A DNA stretch of 59,336 nt, the filler included, from Basidioascus undulatus (lineage: Eukaryota): the NCBI GenBank assembly GCA_000826855.1. It is 7 parts of 7 records of this genome, joined end to end, with 100 filler letters (N's around TTAATTAATTAA, not from the genome) between each part and the next. Parts side by side here need not be neighbours in the genome. Positions count along the whole stretch, not along the records: positions 17,001 to 25,396 come from JTLS01001397.1; positions 25,497 to 33,889 come from JTLS01001398.1; positions 33,990 to 42,375 come from JTLS01001399.1; 4 more parts are not named here. One strand, written 5' to 3'. Under the pieces are notes generated by a model. It was not told the DNA's origin, searched no databases, and saw only the letters and a program-made list of their open reading frames with translations. This document shows positions 21,188 through 34,200 of this stretch, one piece after another (position 1 is the stretch's first letter; each line of letters opens with the position of its first letter). A program made the translations under genes and the position numbers.

Positions 21188-22930
21188 ATGCCGCTCTCAG
21201 TACAGCGCTACCGCTCACCCGTGGGGCAGAACGCCCTGATTGGCGCACTTATCTTCTTGCTCTCGGGCATGTACTATGCCCTGCAGGGGCTCGGAGCAGG
21301 CGGCTCGGGGGGCGTACAACCTTTAACTCACGAACCGGTCCAGTGCGGCGCTCTACGCGACCTTTGCCATCGTCGGCCTGTTCGCTAGGACGTTCGTAAA
21401 CCGCTTCGGACCCCGTCCGGCATTCGCCATCGGCGCAGTCGGATTCATCCTCTATGAGGGCAGCTTGTGGTCCCTTGATCGGACGGGTAATCAGGACTTC
21501 GTGGTTGCGGCGGGTGCGCTGCTGGGCGCGGGCTGCGGCCTGTTCTGGTCCGCACAGGGCATGTCAGTGAGTCGAATTTTTTATACACCCATGCTATCGA
21601 CAAACTGGAATGGATGCGTCAATCAGATTTTGAGCTACCCTACTGAAGGCCAAAAGGCCTGTTCGTCGCCATCAACTCGTCGCTGCTCGCCCTCGGCTCA
21701 ACTGTCGGCAGTCTCGTCGTACTCGGACAAAACGTCAACAACTCGGGAATAAACGGCGTCTCCACGGGGACCTACACAACGTATGCCGTTATGTGTTGTT
21801 GCATTGTTTAATTACTTTACTTTAGGGCTGGCTAACCCACGACTTCGGTGGAACAGTCTGACCGTTCTCAGCATCGTCGGCTTCCTCCTCACCTTCTTCG
21901 TCGTTCACCCCTCTACCACTACTCGCAAGGATGGCACGCATCTGGCCACCTTCCAGGTAGCTTCGCAGAAAAAATAAATTGTCCATATTTTCAAGATGCT
22001 CGGCGACTGGCGCTTGCTCGCTATCGCACCTGCGTTCGTCTTCAAGCCTTCAGCTGATAAAACCAAGTTGTCACTGACATCCTTGTCGCTTCAGGCTGTT
22101 TGTGTCGAAGTTCTTTTACTCTGTTAGTCAATTCTGGTATCCAGTGAGCTAAGCAGAGAAGCTGATACTATTCTTCAATCTCACAATACCAAGGAAACGT
22201 CAACGCGTCCGTCTGCGCCGTACCCAAGTGTTTGAGGCATCTCTGCAGCCTCGCTGACAGTCCTCTGATCACAGCACGTACTTCAATACTCGCACTCGAG
22301 CGCTGCAAGTAGCTAAGGGTCCTATACTAGTTAATCCTGCTGACCCGTCCACCCCTCAGGAACAACGTCCTCAACTGGAGTATTCAGGCAAGTTTTCAGA
22401 CGGCTACCCAAGTCCCTCGTTGTCTGCTCACATTTGCATCATTGGAACAGGCTGTCTCCCTATACTTCCTGTGAGGAATATGGGCATGCTGTTTCTATTC
22501 TTATTTGGACCCTTCCAGGGCATTTCTGCTCCTCGACAACACCCGCCTCTCCAGGCGCACCCGCGCTTTCAGCGGCATCACCCTTCTCCTATCACCGTGG
22601 GCTCGTGTACGCCAAACCTTCTCCTTCCCACTCCTTCAACCCACTAACAATCAAACCGCAAACGCAGATGGCGCAGCTGTCTGGTGGCAGCGCAAGTTCG
22701 TGCGGAACGACCCCGACCATGTGCCCGTCGACTATACGGACGGGCCTGAAAAGTTCGGCGGGCCCTTCGTCCTCTACTTTTTGTGGGGATTTGGGGACGC
22801 TATGTACCAAAAGGCTACTATTGATGTAAATTGGCGGTTCAACAAAGACTGACGACTGCGGTTCCCCTGCGCAGTTTCTTTTGGTGGCTGATCGGGGCGC
22901 TGAGCGTGACAACGTCTGACTGCCACGCAC
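21188..22930 (+). pseudogene. UNC-93-like (DUF895) MFS membrane protein, disrupted
   Basis: GMYYALQGLGAGG, ALYATFAIVGLFARTFVNRFGPR, AGALLGAGCGLFWSAQG, LSYPTE, YFNTRTRAL, FGGPFVLYFLWGFGDAMYQ, FFWWLIGALS. Frameshift after GLGAGG (~21310-21345), TAA at 21975-21977, and no recognisable final exons. Confidence 0.8.
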
Positions 22931-23145
22931 AACACATGACACATTGCGCACCACTTCCAGCAGCCCGAACGACCGTGCCAGGCAGAAATCGCCGCGGGGG
23001 CCTACCGCATATAGATCCGGGTGCGTCGACTCCAATAACCACAAATATTGAAGATGACTACAGTCCTGAGTACCGAACAAGTCCGTACGTTCCCTCTGGC
23101 TCCACAAGTCCCGAGATCCCGAAGCACATCCCAAACAAAGAGTCC

Positions 23146-24929
23146 TCACTTCCGTCGAGCTCTATCCTCCGACTCACGCCCCACCTGCTCCTCCTCTTCC
23201 CCTTCCCCCAACCGCCCCTCCAGCCACGCCCCCAAATCGCGGAGGACCATCTGGCGCGGCTCGTCGTCTGCGGCGTCGACGCCGGGCTTGAGGAGGACGT
23301 GCTCGAGATCCTGGACTCGTCCACCCATCCCTTATGTTGAGTTTTGCAATCTTCAAAATCGGGTGGGAGAGGAGAAGACGGAGAGGGAAGGGCGAGGAGT
23401 GGATGGGGACGGTGGGGAAATGGGGGGATGGGGAAATGGGGGGAAGGGAAGACGCACGGGGAAGAGCTTTATTTCTTTCTTGTGCGTGCGGAGGAGGTCC
23501 ATGCTTTGTCGGGTCTTCCATCAATACAGAAAGCTGAAGAAAGCTAAAATAAAGGGAAAATAGGAAGAGAGACGCACAAAGCGACCGACCCCCTAAAGTC
23601 GCACACTCTGTCGCCTGTCCCGTGGGCGATCCGACTGGCCAAGGCGTAAGGTCAGCGAAAAGGGAGTGGGTGTGACTGAGGATAGATGATGGAGGGTGGG
23701 GGAGCCCACGTACACAGGCACGGCGATCTTTCCCGCCCCATCAATGACTGCGTCTATCCCGCGCAGGAGCGCCAGGCCGGTACCGATCCTACGTTCCCAC
23801 CACCTATCAGCACACCACCCAATCCAAAATTTGCAGGGGCAGCAGGTGAAAGCGCACCTCAGCCAACCATGGTAGCACCTCTCATCCGCCCAGTACTCCC
23901 TATCCACCTCCGGATCATCGCTGACGGTGCCGAGCACGGGCGGGCTGAGCGGGACGCGTCCGCCGAAGAGCGCCAGGAGGCGCGCGAGGTACTCCATTGC
24001 TTTGGAGGGGCGCGTGGAGGAGGCGATGGACAGCATGGGGGAGAGGGCGTAGATACCTGCGATGGGAGGCCGCGTCGGGGAAGAAGGAGAGGTAGATGGG
24101 GAAGGGGAGTATCGGCTGAGGAAGAGGGGTGATTAGCAGACAGGCAAAAAAATGAGGAGAAAAGGCAGGGGGAAAAAGCAAGGAGGAAGGAAGTCAGGAC
24201 GTACGAAGCGTAGTAAAGCACTGAGAATCCGCCCAAGGAATGTCCGACCAGGAACGCCCTCCTTCCCTCGGTGTGAGCATCCTGAGCGACAGCGTGGATG
24301 GCTGCCGCAAGGCGCTCGCAGTCCGGCAGGTAGACGTGCAGACCTGTGGAGCGCCCGTGCGCGGGGAGGTCGAGCGCGATGATGCGGTAGTTGGAGCGCA
24401 GGAAGGGGAGGGAATGGGGCGCCCATTTGGATGAGTAGTCGCCGATGCCGTGCTGTAGGGTGAGGGGGGAGGTGAGAGGTGAGAGGTGAAAGGTTGGGTG
24501 GAGTGGAGAGAGAGGGGAGGGAGGGGACGCACCACGAAGATGAGGTCTGCTTTAGGCGCTGAGTCCGGGGCAGGGTCTTTCTCCCAGATCTGTGTCTCAC
24601 AAGAAGTCAATCATAATCCCAGAAGAGTAATGGAAGAAGGTCCCCCGCACCTGGTAGGAAATCCACTGCCTCCCCCTCGCCCCGTCCAACTCCTCCTGCT
24701 TCAACTCCACATCCTCCCCCTCCTCGCCCGTCGGCTCCCCGTCCTCCCCCCTAACCCAAACGCGCCTATGCCGGACACGCACGCCCGGCTCGGCATAGAT
24801 GGTGGACAGCTCCCAGTTCGGGGAGAGGGGGAGGAGGTAGCGCCCGAAGGTAGGGTCCGCGGGAGGGGGCGCGAGGGAGAGGGAGTGCAGGAAGGGGTGA
24901 AGGAGGGTTTGGGAGAGGAGGGAGAACAT
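23146..24929 (-). CDS. Alpha/beta-hydrolase, monoacylglycerol lipase/lysophospholipase-like (Hydrolase_4)
   Basis: Spliced motifs LIFVHGIGDYS, DLPAHGRSTGLHVYL, nucleophile GHSLGG, RIGTGLALL, IAHGTGDRVCD (Asp), FPDLEHVLL (His); canonical introns. Confidence 0.9.
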
Positions 24930-25289
24930 GGTTGGGCGGGGGGATGGGGAGAGAAGGGGAGGGTGCGGGGGTATCGAGATGAGGGGGATTATATGGGGGA
25001 TTTGGGCATTGAAGCGGGGAGTGAAGAGGAGGGGCGGTGGATGTGAACTTGCATTGAATTTCACGTGCTTGCGGCGGCAGCCAGCCGCCAACGTCAAACA
25101 TCATGCGCGAGCAGCGCGACGCAGCGCGCGTCATCGCGCTCACGAAGCGGGGCGCCAGCGTCGACGTTCTCCTGTCCCTCTTGACCTTGACCTTGACCAC
25201 CATACCACCCTCACCACCATCCAGCAACGCATACACCCTACCACATTGTATACCCCTTAATCCCAGCCGCACAGTGCCCGGATGGCCCA

Positions 25290-25396
25290 ATGAGCTCCAC
25301 CCCCCCCCCCCCGCCCACGCCCTCCCCGCCCCCTCCACCTCCTCCTCGTCCGCCTCCCGCTTCAGGCCGTCGCGCCTCCTCGGCGCGCTCGGGATC
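25290..25396 (+). CDS. Possible 5' end of a gene divergent from the lipase (partial)
   Basis: ATGAGCTCCACC followed by a C13 run and GC-rich coding-like sequence to the contig end; frame depends on the homopolymer length. Confidence 0.3.
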
Positions 25397-25496
25397 NNNN
25401 NNNNNNNNNNNNNNNNNNNNNNNNNNNNNNNNNNNNNNNNTTAATTAATTAANNNNNNNNNNNNNNNNNNNNNNNNNNNNNNNNNNNNNNNNNNNN
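25397..25496. other. Artificial contig linker
   Basis: N44-TTAATTAATTAA-N44. Confidence 0.99.
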
Positions 25497-26962
25497 GAGA
25501 GTACGAGAATTGGAGAGATCGGTGTGGGGTTGCGAGCGTTCAGTGAGGGGAAGAGGAGGAGGAAGGGGGCGGGGGAAGCGCTGTGGGAGATGCTAGGGTT
25601 GTGACAGGGGGGAGTCCGGGGAATGAGATGAGATGAGGGGCTGTCAGACTGCGGGAGGGCGCTCGTACGCGGCGAGTTGAGGGAGCTGCGAACGACACAT
25701 CCTTTTTTCTTGGCCTGGTCTGGAACGGATTCAGCGCATGCGACTACGGTCCTGGGCACGTTCAGCGTCCGCCCTCTCTCGCTGTCCCATTCGTGATACA
25801 TGGACGTCCGATGTTGTTCGAGCAGCACATCTCGCGCGTCCACAGCCTCGCCCTCTGCCACCTTCGAATCAGGTACACAAATGTCCCCGTCGGCGCTTGA
25901 CCTACCGACGCTAGTAGTAGAAACAGAGGTATTTCTCGACGCTTGAGGAGAGTTGCCACCCAGTTCCCCTGTCGCTTTCGTCTCCCTTTTCCTTGCTTCG
26001 GCCATCCTCAGCCGTCGGACGCTCAAAGAACCCATTTGCCCCTTGAACTCTTTAACATGACCAGGTTCACTGACAGGTTTATTCTCATAAGGGGAAGGGG
26101 CAAGTTGCAACTGAAGAAGCGGCTCCTCGATCGGCCGTCTGTACACTACACTCGCCTGCACGCACTCTACATTGTCTTGCCGTAAGCGTAAAGCAGCGTC
26201 TTGCTCAACCTCGGGAAAAACTCTTGGAAGGTTTCAGGAAGTCTCTAGTTAGTTCACAATCAGGAGACAAGCATCATTAAGAATACTAGTATTGATTGCC
26301 GCATTCCTTCCTTGTGGCAGCTTGCTGCATGCTGTCCAACTCCCTGCTCTCCAGCGGATGTAAGATATCTTCCACTTTCAGATTAACCTAAGTTTTGGAA
26401 TCCCTGATGGCAGAGAATCAGCGGAAGGAAAGACGCTCACACAGTCCTGCGCATTTCTGCCTGCATCTTTCGGCGAGCAGCTGGGCAGGCTGGCCGCGAA
26501 GCGGCTATGGCGCCTGTGTAAGCCGGAACATGGAGCCGAATATGCATTTGAGTTATGGGTTGATTAAATCCCCAGCCGCACATGTGAAGGGTCTAGGATA
26601 TTGTAGTCGTGCTGCGGCCTTGCTGCAGTCGGTTTGCGAATGTTTTCCTGGTCACTCACTGCCCAGGGCTACTCGCAGCGGCGCAGTTTTGTTCTGCGCT
26701 CTATGCATGCACTCGGGACAGGTCCAGGCTTCGGGGGCAGGGTCTTGATTGTCTGATAACCAGTTATCAGGCAGTTGAGCCGATGTGGGAAAGCTGATCT
26801 GACGAGGCGGGTCGGAAGCTGTCGGAAAGCGATGCATGGAGACTGTACTCGAGAGCAACTCCGCAGTCTTCCCCCCGGTTATTCTCACACCAAGATATCC
26901 TTGAAAACCATGAAGACGTACCGCCGAAATTGGTACGTCCCGACTTGAGATACGCACTGAGA

Positions 26963-27704
26963 CCGGGTTGCGACCAAACTGGATGTCCGCGGCGGTCGGA
27001 CAGGGTTCCAATTCAATTCAATGAGTGTTAGGGTAGAGAAGCCGGGGGGAAAGGGCAGAAAGTGCGGGTAGGTCAGCGTGGCCTCGAGGAAGGTGCAAGG
27101 TCCACTACTCTCAGTCTCGGAAAGCGGTGCTAGCGCCAGGGGGATCAAGGCAGTCGCCACCAAGAACTGTGTAGTTACACTGCCTAAGTAGCCATTCTCA
27201 AAGCCTCAGGCAAATATTACACTGACCAGCGTGAACCCTAGTGGAGTGACCTCGTGCGACAAGCCGAAGGTCTTCATGAGCCCGCCAGTCGTGGACGAGT
27301 AGCTCGTCGCGTTGAAGGAGGTGAGGGCGGTGATAAATACGCAAGATAACGTGATCGCCCATTTCCTGTTCAAAGGATAATGCCATGTCAGATCATCACA
27401 CTCGTCTAATGGGGTATACTGAAGACGTGTCTGGTTTTGCTCCTTCAACGGTTGAACGGGTTCGCTGCTCTCCTGGCCACAGCGGCTCAGGACACAAATC
27501 CCTCCCATGATGTCAGAGATGACAGCTGTTCACCCAATCCCCAGGGCCCATTCAACATTTGTCGGCCCATGTGACTCGAGGGACGGTGGGGGGCTTCGCT
27601 TGCTTCGCCTTCATTGTCGAGGCGCTGGTGTCCACCTCAGCAAAAGTTTGCTGGCTGCTGGCTTTCGAGGATATTCCCGACCTAATGTGTAATGCTATAG
27701 GCAT
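26963..27704 (-). pseudogene. Truncated duplicate of the DHA1-type MFS transporter 5' region
   Basis: RKWAITLSCVFITALTSFNATSYSSTTGGLMKTFGLSHEV...LAPLSET..FGRNP, then homology stops. Frameshift in exon 1, and the donor after SET reads GAGAGT. Highly similar, introns included, to 33049-33830. Confidence 0.85.
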
Positions 27705-28599
27705 GCAATATTTCCGGCACAGGGATTGCATAAGTACGCTTGCCCCTGGGCGGGATGCATATATGGTCGCACCACGACAAGCTGATGCTCCCATGGGCCA
27801 CTAACAAAGATGTGTGCCGCGGCAGATGGTCCGAAACCCTTATGCAAGAAGTCATTTAATTATTATAGGTACACATTACTTCAATCCAAGCTGGCAGATC
27901 CAGAAGGGGTGGGGCGGGAGATCAAGGAAAGCAAAGGGACGCGAGGTCACAAGACACTGATAAGGCGCTCAGGTCCGAGTCTCGACCCCGTGGGTCTCTC
28001 AGTGAGATGTGCCTGAAGACCTCGTAGAACCGCGTGGAACTCGTGCCTGCGGTGTTTCTGCTAATCAGGCATGGTTCAAGCCTCGTTCATTGAGATACAG
28101 GCGGCGGCGACCACTTGAGCCGCCTCTTCACGATAGGTGGTGAATGCCCCCATGAGGAACTACTTCTGCAGGACACTAATCCAGGTAATAATATTCATTT
28201 ATTATAGATTTCTCAGCGAGCCTATGGATGCTGAGGGCCCCAGTAGCCTCTCATTCTTATCAGGCTCACTGAGCGGACCACGGGGCGCCCCGGCCTTCTT
28301 TTCAATGCTTCCTTGCGGAGCCCGCAAAACTCTCTTCCACATGAAGCTGTCACAGGATCCCGGCACATGGAAGGCCGGTGTCGTATATCGCCTATCTTGC
28401 GTTCTTCAGTGAGTCTGGCCAGACAGCTTGGCGAGGCACAGAGGCTGCTCTTCCTTATCGGAGGCGTGGTGGACCCATGTGCTGCTCCTTGCGCCACACT
28501 GATCGCCATCCACAAATATCTCGCTTTCAGTTGAATGTCACAAAGACTGTGATCTCGCCTGTTCATCTTCCCCTTTCACCTGTCTCATCCCACCAAATC

Positions 28600-31500
28600 A
28601 TGTCCGCCGACGAGAAGAAAGATTCCAACGTCGAGGTGCATATCACCACGCCGACGCCGCACGTCGCGCCCGAAGACCGCGAGGTCTCGCCCGAGTCGGT
28701 CCTCCCGCAACACCACCGCTCGTCGTCCATAGATAAGAAGGTCCACCCTGACCACGAGACTGAGAGCTCCGCGGAGCATCCGGAGGCGAAGGCGGACAAG
28801 CCGGCCGGGCAAAAGTACCTATCGTGGAAGTACTTGCGGGCACCGGTGTTGATTTTCACCGCCTGCCTCATAGTACGTTTCTGCCGTTTGAAGTGTATTG
28901 AGAATAGGCGGGCTAATACCAAATGTCAGTTTGGTTGGTGGGTGGCGGGGATTTTCACGATGCGGCATCGCTGGTAGGTGCATGCTACGTTCTGCAGCTC
29001 ATCGTTGAGTAGGCCAGATACTGAGATCAACCGGTTTGCCCATCCAGGATTATCCAGACAGTGTGGGGTGAGTGCAATGAGCTTTGACGTGAGTGGTTTG
29101 GTAGCCTAACATATCACTTTTTTCGCTCTGTTCCAGCCTGGTTCTTCATCGGTGCGTTTGGCCAGCGTACATTGCGGATCGACTGCAATCCCTGAATCTT
29201 CTTTCACCTACACAGGCCTCATTTTCTTCCGCTTCGTGCCTGTAAGCTTGCGGTGCCTCAGCTGATAACTCAAGTTGTTCTAAGCGAAAGCCTTTCTCAG
29301 AGCTCGAAGTTTGGCCGACCTATCGGCAAGGTCTGGACTGCTGTGATCTCCAACCCTTGGAACAAGCTCCCATACATGGTCCGGCTCTGGGGTGGATGGG
29401 CTTGTCTGCTGGCTTTGGTCTTTGGCTCCGTAAGCCCCCACCTCCTCCGCAGCTGTGCCACTTCGCTAACTGCAATCCCTCCCCCTGCAGGCTTTCGGAT
29501 TTCCCCTTCCTGAAGGAACCAGGCTCGCCGACAGGGCCATTTCCGTGTTCGGCCTATTTGTCTTCCAGCTTTTCTTCTGGATCTCGTCGCCTATGAAAAA
29601 GCACATCAACTGGTCCACCGTCATCGTTGGACTGTGAGTTGGCACTCACTTGCTATCGTTGGCGTGCCGCACATCGCTGAAAGCATTCTTGCCCACACAT
29701 GCAGGGGTCTGCAACAGATCATCGCTCTCTTTGTTTTGAAGACCAGCGCGGGCTTCGACATCTTCAGCTGGGTGGCTACTGTAAGTCGTTCCGCATGGGG
29801 AAGTTGTAGAGACGATCGTCTAACCCCTGCCGGATGGATGTTAGCTTGCTGCGGTGAGTTTCCTTGCCCCACGAGTGACCAGGGGGACTAGGACCTTATG
29901 GGCCGATGCAACAGGACTTCCTCGGTTTGGCCAACGAGGGTGCAGCGTTCTTTATTGGCGAGGACGTTGCTGCAATGCGTGAGTTCCGCATGTCAAGGCT
30001 CCTTTCAAATGTGCAGCAAATCCTCATGGGGCGTTGCGTGTCCCACAGACCTCTTCATCATTTCCACGCTGGCCGCGATCATCTTCTTCATCGCCTTCGT
30101 GCAGATGATGTATTATATTGGGTACGCTCAAACATCCCACAGACGTCATGCACCTACGCCGCCCACATCTGAACCCACTTCACGCCGCAGAGTCATGCAA
30201 TGGGCCATCAAGAAGTTTGCCTGGGTCTTCCACCGCCTGATGAATGTATCGGGCGGTGAATCTATCGTCGTGACTGCGACGCCTTTCATCGTGGGCCTTT
30301 TCATCCTCTCACGTGGCGGCTTTCAGTATCTCAAGTGTGGAGAGGGTCTTCGCTTTATAGGGTCAAGGCGAGTCGGCATGCTTGGTCCGTCCCTATGTCA
30401 AACATATGACCACCTCGGAGATTCACCTCATGATGTGAAAAAATTAGCTTTATGTGAATGCAGCAGCACGCACTGACAATTACAACCATCAGGACGTCCG
30501 GCTTCGCTACCATCGCGGGTTCCGGTCAGTCTCTTGCAGCTTGGTGCCCCAGAGCACTGCCAGATATAGCCAAACAGTCATGATCGCGTACATCAACATG
30601 GGCGTAGACAAGACTGTTCTAGTAACATCGGCAATCATGTCCATTCCTGCATCGTAAGCCGCAGTCTGTTCACGGCTTGCCCCACTTGTTCGCCGCTCAC
30701 TGTTGGATCTTCGCTAGCATCGCCATCTCCAAGCTTCGCTATCCGGAAGTTGAAGGTACATCCCTTGGCGGAGGTCGTGCAAGAAGGAGTACAAGACGAA
30801 CAGTTCTGACAGTCTGTCACAAAAAGAGAGCTTGACGGCAGGAAAGGTTGTCATTGACAGAGGAAAGTATTGGTTTACATTTCCCAAAACCGCATGCAAC
30901 TGGCTGATGCTGTGTACACAGGCGAGAACGAGTACCGGTTGCGTTTCTACCCATCCAATCCATCCTTCCCCGCTTCCCTCGTCGTTGTTGTGACTAACAC
31001 ATGAATGGGCGCGCTTTAGTGAGGCGAATGTGCTTCAAGCCTTTTCCAACGGAGCCGTCTTTGGTATCAGAGTTGCGGGCATGATCCTTACCAACGTTTT
31101 GACTGTTCGGCAGAGCCTCCCTGCCCCCCCTCCTGCAGCTTGCTCAGTGCAATCCGAGTTGCTGACGCGCTCATGCATTGCCTTGGTTGTGCAGGTGCTG
31201 TCGCTTCTTTACGCCATCAACGGTGCGTATCCCATGCCTTCACTTTCACCACTTTCGTATAGATCTCTTACAAGGGGTTTATTCCTAGGCCTCCTCGCCT
31301 GGACCGGAAAGAGCTTCAGTATCGGCGTGACGACTCCCGAAGAACTCAGCCTGGAGCTCATTTTCCGTTACCTATTCTACCCGTGCGTGCTCTTAGACCT
31401 CTTTGGGACAAACCGTCCGAGACGCAGTGATACTCAATTCCACGCTCCCTCCATGAACAGCATTGCATGGCTCATGGGCACTCCCGGCCAAGATATCCTG

Positions 31501-31995
31501 AAGGTTTCTGATCTGCTTGGCCAGAAATTTATCGCCAACGAGTGAGCTCGTTTGACATCTCAGATGCCTTCATTCAAATTCGCAGAAATGACGGATAAAT
31601 CTTTTCTCCCAGATTCGTGGCCTACGGAGCTCTCAAGACCATGCGGGAGGCTGGGGAGCTCACCGAGCGCGGGTACACCATCGCCTCCTACGCCTTGTGT
31701 GGCTTTGCCAACATCTCTAGCGTCGGTATCCAGGTGCGAGGGGTTTCTTTCTTGTACGAGCAAAATCGAGTCTAATCGAGGTCGGCTTGCAATCCAGATC
31801 GGTGTGCTTTCGTCCCTTGCGCCCAGCAAGGCCCGCGTTATCGCCAGCGTCGCCTTCTCCGCCTTGTTCTGTGGTTTCATTGCTACCTGCCGTGCGTTCC
31901 CCAATGGTGTCAGATGGGATCCGTCGCTTTTCGTCTAACAGGCTTTGGTGCACGCGTCCACAGAGACCGCCGGGATTGCCGGGATGCTTGTATAG
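28600..31995 (+). CDS. Concentrative H+/nucleoside cotransporter (CNT/SLC28 family), 25 exons by manual reconstruction
   Basis: Motifs [113 protein letters not shown]; microexons of 9, 10 and 15 nt. Confidence 0.95.
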
Positions 31996-33048
31996 GCTGC
32001 GTGGACGTTGTTTCTGAACCAGTCTCGTTTCCTTTTCGTCACATTTGGGATTCGCTAGTGCCCTCGGCTACCTTTCAGCTTATGTTTGCAGCGTTAATTT
32101 TCCTATATTCAACATTTGTGCCTCTAATTTCACTTCGGCGTTCATTAGCGATGCACTGAGGCTGCACGTCTGACGCTGCATGTTCAAATCAGTCGAAGTT
32201 TCGAAGATGGAAGGACGGCGACCGTTGTAATTCACCGCAAGTCCCCACAACACGAATCTGGGAGCGAGCGAGGGCCCAGGCGTCGGCGCCGCAGGCTCCA
32301 CACTCCCGCTTTGTAACATCCGTTGGCTTACAGCTAGTCTTTAAGTATGTCAAATGTGGAGCTACTTCCTGCGTCTTTGCCTCTGCACGTTTCAATAAAG
32401 GGGGGAACAAGTGAAGAAGGCATGCTCCAAATCTGTGAAGTAGATTGCCGCATCTCAGTCGTATCAGTGATTCTCGTTAATTTTCTGGCAAGAGATTTCA
32501 GACTCAACAGTGTTTCCCGTCCTTCAGGCCCTGGGGCGATTCCGAAATGAATAGTTGAAAGGCTGCAGTTTTCCTGGCTTCGACCCCATGGAAACTACTG
32601 GCTTGCTTTTGGTTTGCTTTGAAATGGATCCGCGAAATCGTTCCGCGGCCTGGCGGGAGTCGTTTTGCGTCGCTTGCAGTTTCGGAGCCTCGGCCCCACA
32701 TTCGGCAAGCTCGGCCCGTTAGGCGATTATCAGCGGCCGTCTTGGCACCGTCGATCACTTCACAGCCGTCAAGGCGAGGGGACCCGCAAGTCTGGAGTTC
32801 GGGACTCATCAGCGAGCGACCTTCGCCTTGTGTCTCTACCATCATCACTACTTTTCCTCTTCTCTCTCTCTCTCTTGTGGGGGTCTTGGATGGACGGATA
32901 TACGTCATAGAATATAAGGAGCTTTAGTACGACCACATATAGAGTGAGCCTTCTTGTCCGCAAACTTTGCAGAGCGTGTCGTACGACCAGATATGCGTCC
33001 CGCCCCGGTGCAAGGACACTCACATGTTCCCTTTACCGCGAACACAGC

Positions 33049-33889
33049 ATGCGAGTAGCATTTTACGACAAGTCCGCCCGGGAACTTCGCGATATCTCGA
33101 ACGCGAGCAGCCAGCGGACTCTTGCCGAGGCGGAGACGATCGATCAGCAGCTTGACAAGGAGAAGCAGGCCAGCCGGCCACCGTCGCTCAAGTCTCATGG
33201 GCCGATATATGTCGAATGGGCGTCGGGGGATCCGGTGAGTTCTTGTACCAATTGTAGTCATAGAAGGGAAGACTTGGGAAGCTGAGACGCTGTGGTGGGC
33301 TCAGGCGAACCCGTTTAACTGGAGCAAGTCCAGGCACGTCTTCGGTACACTCCGTTAGGCGGGTGTGACGATCTGACGTCTTGGCCCCTTGCGCAGGAAA
33401 TGGGCGATCACATTGTCCTGCGTATTTATTACCGCCCTCACCTCCGTCAACGCGACGAGCTACTCGTCCACGACTGGCGGACTCATGGAGGAGTTCGGCG
33501 TGTCGCACGAGGTCACTCAGCTGGGCGTCACGCTGGTCAGTCCAAGCTGCATATTAAGCGTTAAGAATTACTATTGAAGGCGGAATAATTACACAGTTCT
33601 TGGTGGCACTTGCCTCGATACCGATGGCGCTAGCACCGCTTTCCGAGACTGTGAGGGCAGTGCCCCTTGCACCTTCCTCGAGGCCACGCTGACCTACCCA
33701 CACTTTCTACCCTTTTCCCCCCGTTTCTCTACCCTCATCTACCCATCTAATGCTCACAATGATCATTGAATTGACTTGGAAACCCGTCCGATCGCCGCGG
33801 ACATCCAGTTTGGTCGCAACCCGATCTACCTCATCACATCAACCCTGTCAGCGTCTTTCACGCTGCCGTTAACCCCCCCCCCCCCCCCC
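33049..33889 (+). CDS. DHA1-type MFS drug/polyamine transporter, 5' part (cut by contig end)
   Basis: YVEWASGDP|ANPFNWSKSR|KWAITLSCVFITALTSVNATSYS...|FLVALASIPMALAPLSET|FGRNPIYLITSTL with canonical introns. Confidence 0.88.
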
Positions 33890-33989
33890 NNNNNNNNNNN
33901 NNNNNNNNNNNNNNNNNNNNNNNNNNNNNNNNNTTAATTAATTAANNNNNNNNNNNNNNNNNNNNNNNNNNNNNNNNNNNNNNNNNNNN
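33890..33989. other. Artificial contig linker
   Basis: N44-TTAATTAATTAA-N44. Confidence 0.99.
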
Positions 33990-34200
33990 GTCCGGTGAAT
34001 CCAAATCCGCCAGCGTCTACTGCCGACACGGCGACGTGGCACCCGCCCGAGCCCCTCCGCACCAGTCCGTCAGTGACCCGAACAACACCGCCTACACGAC
34101 GCTCGACTTCCAACACTCCGGCCCGCTCCACTACGATTATTCCTGCATGGCGACCACCACCATGCCACTTAAGCCTGATCCGCCTCGGGACGATGACTAG
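33990..34200 (+). CDS. Possible 3' end of an unknown gene (partial)
   Basis: Open frame SGESKSASVYCRHGD...PLKPDPPRDDD* from the contig start. Confidence 0.3.

Noticed and set aside
25497..26161. 238-aa minus-strand ORF at the contig end
   Set aside because: No domain, non-ATG start, and the distal part looks like C/T-rich promoter or 5' UTR sequence.
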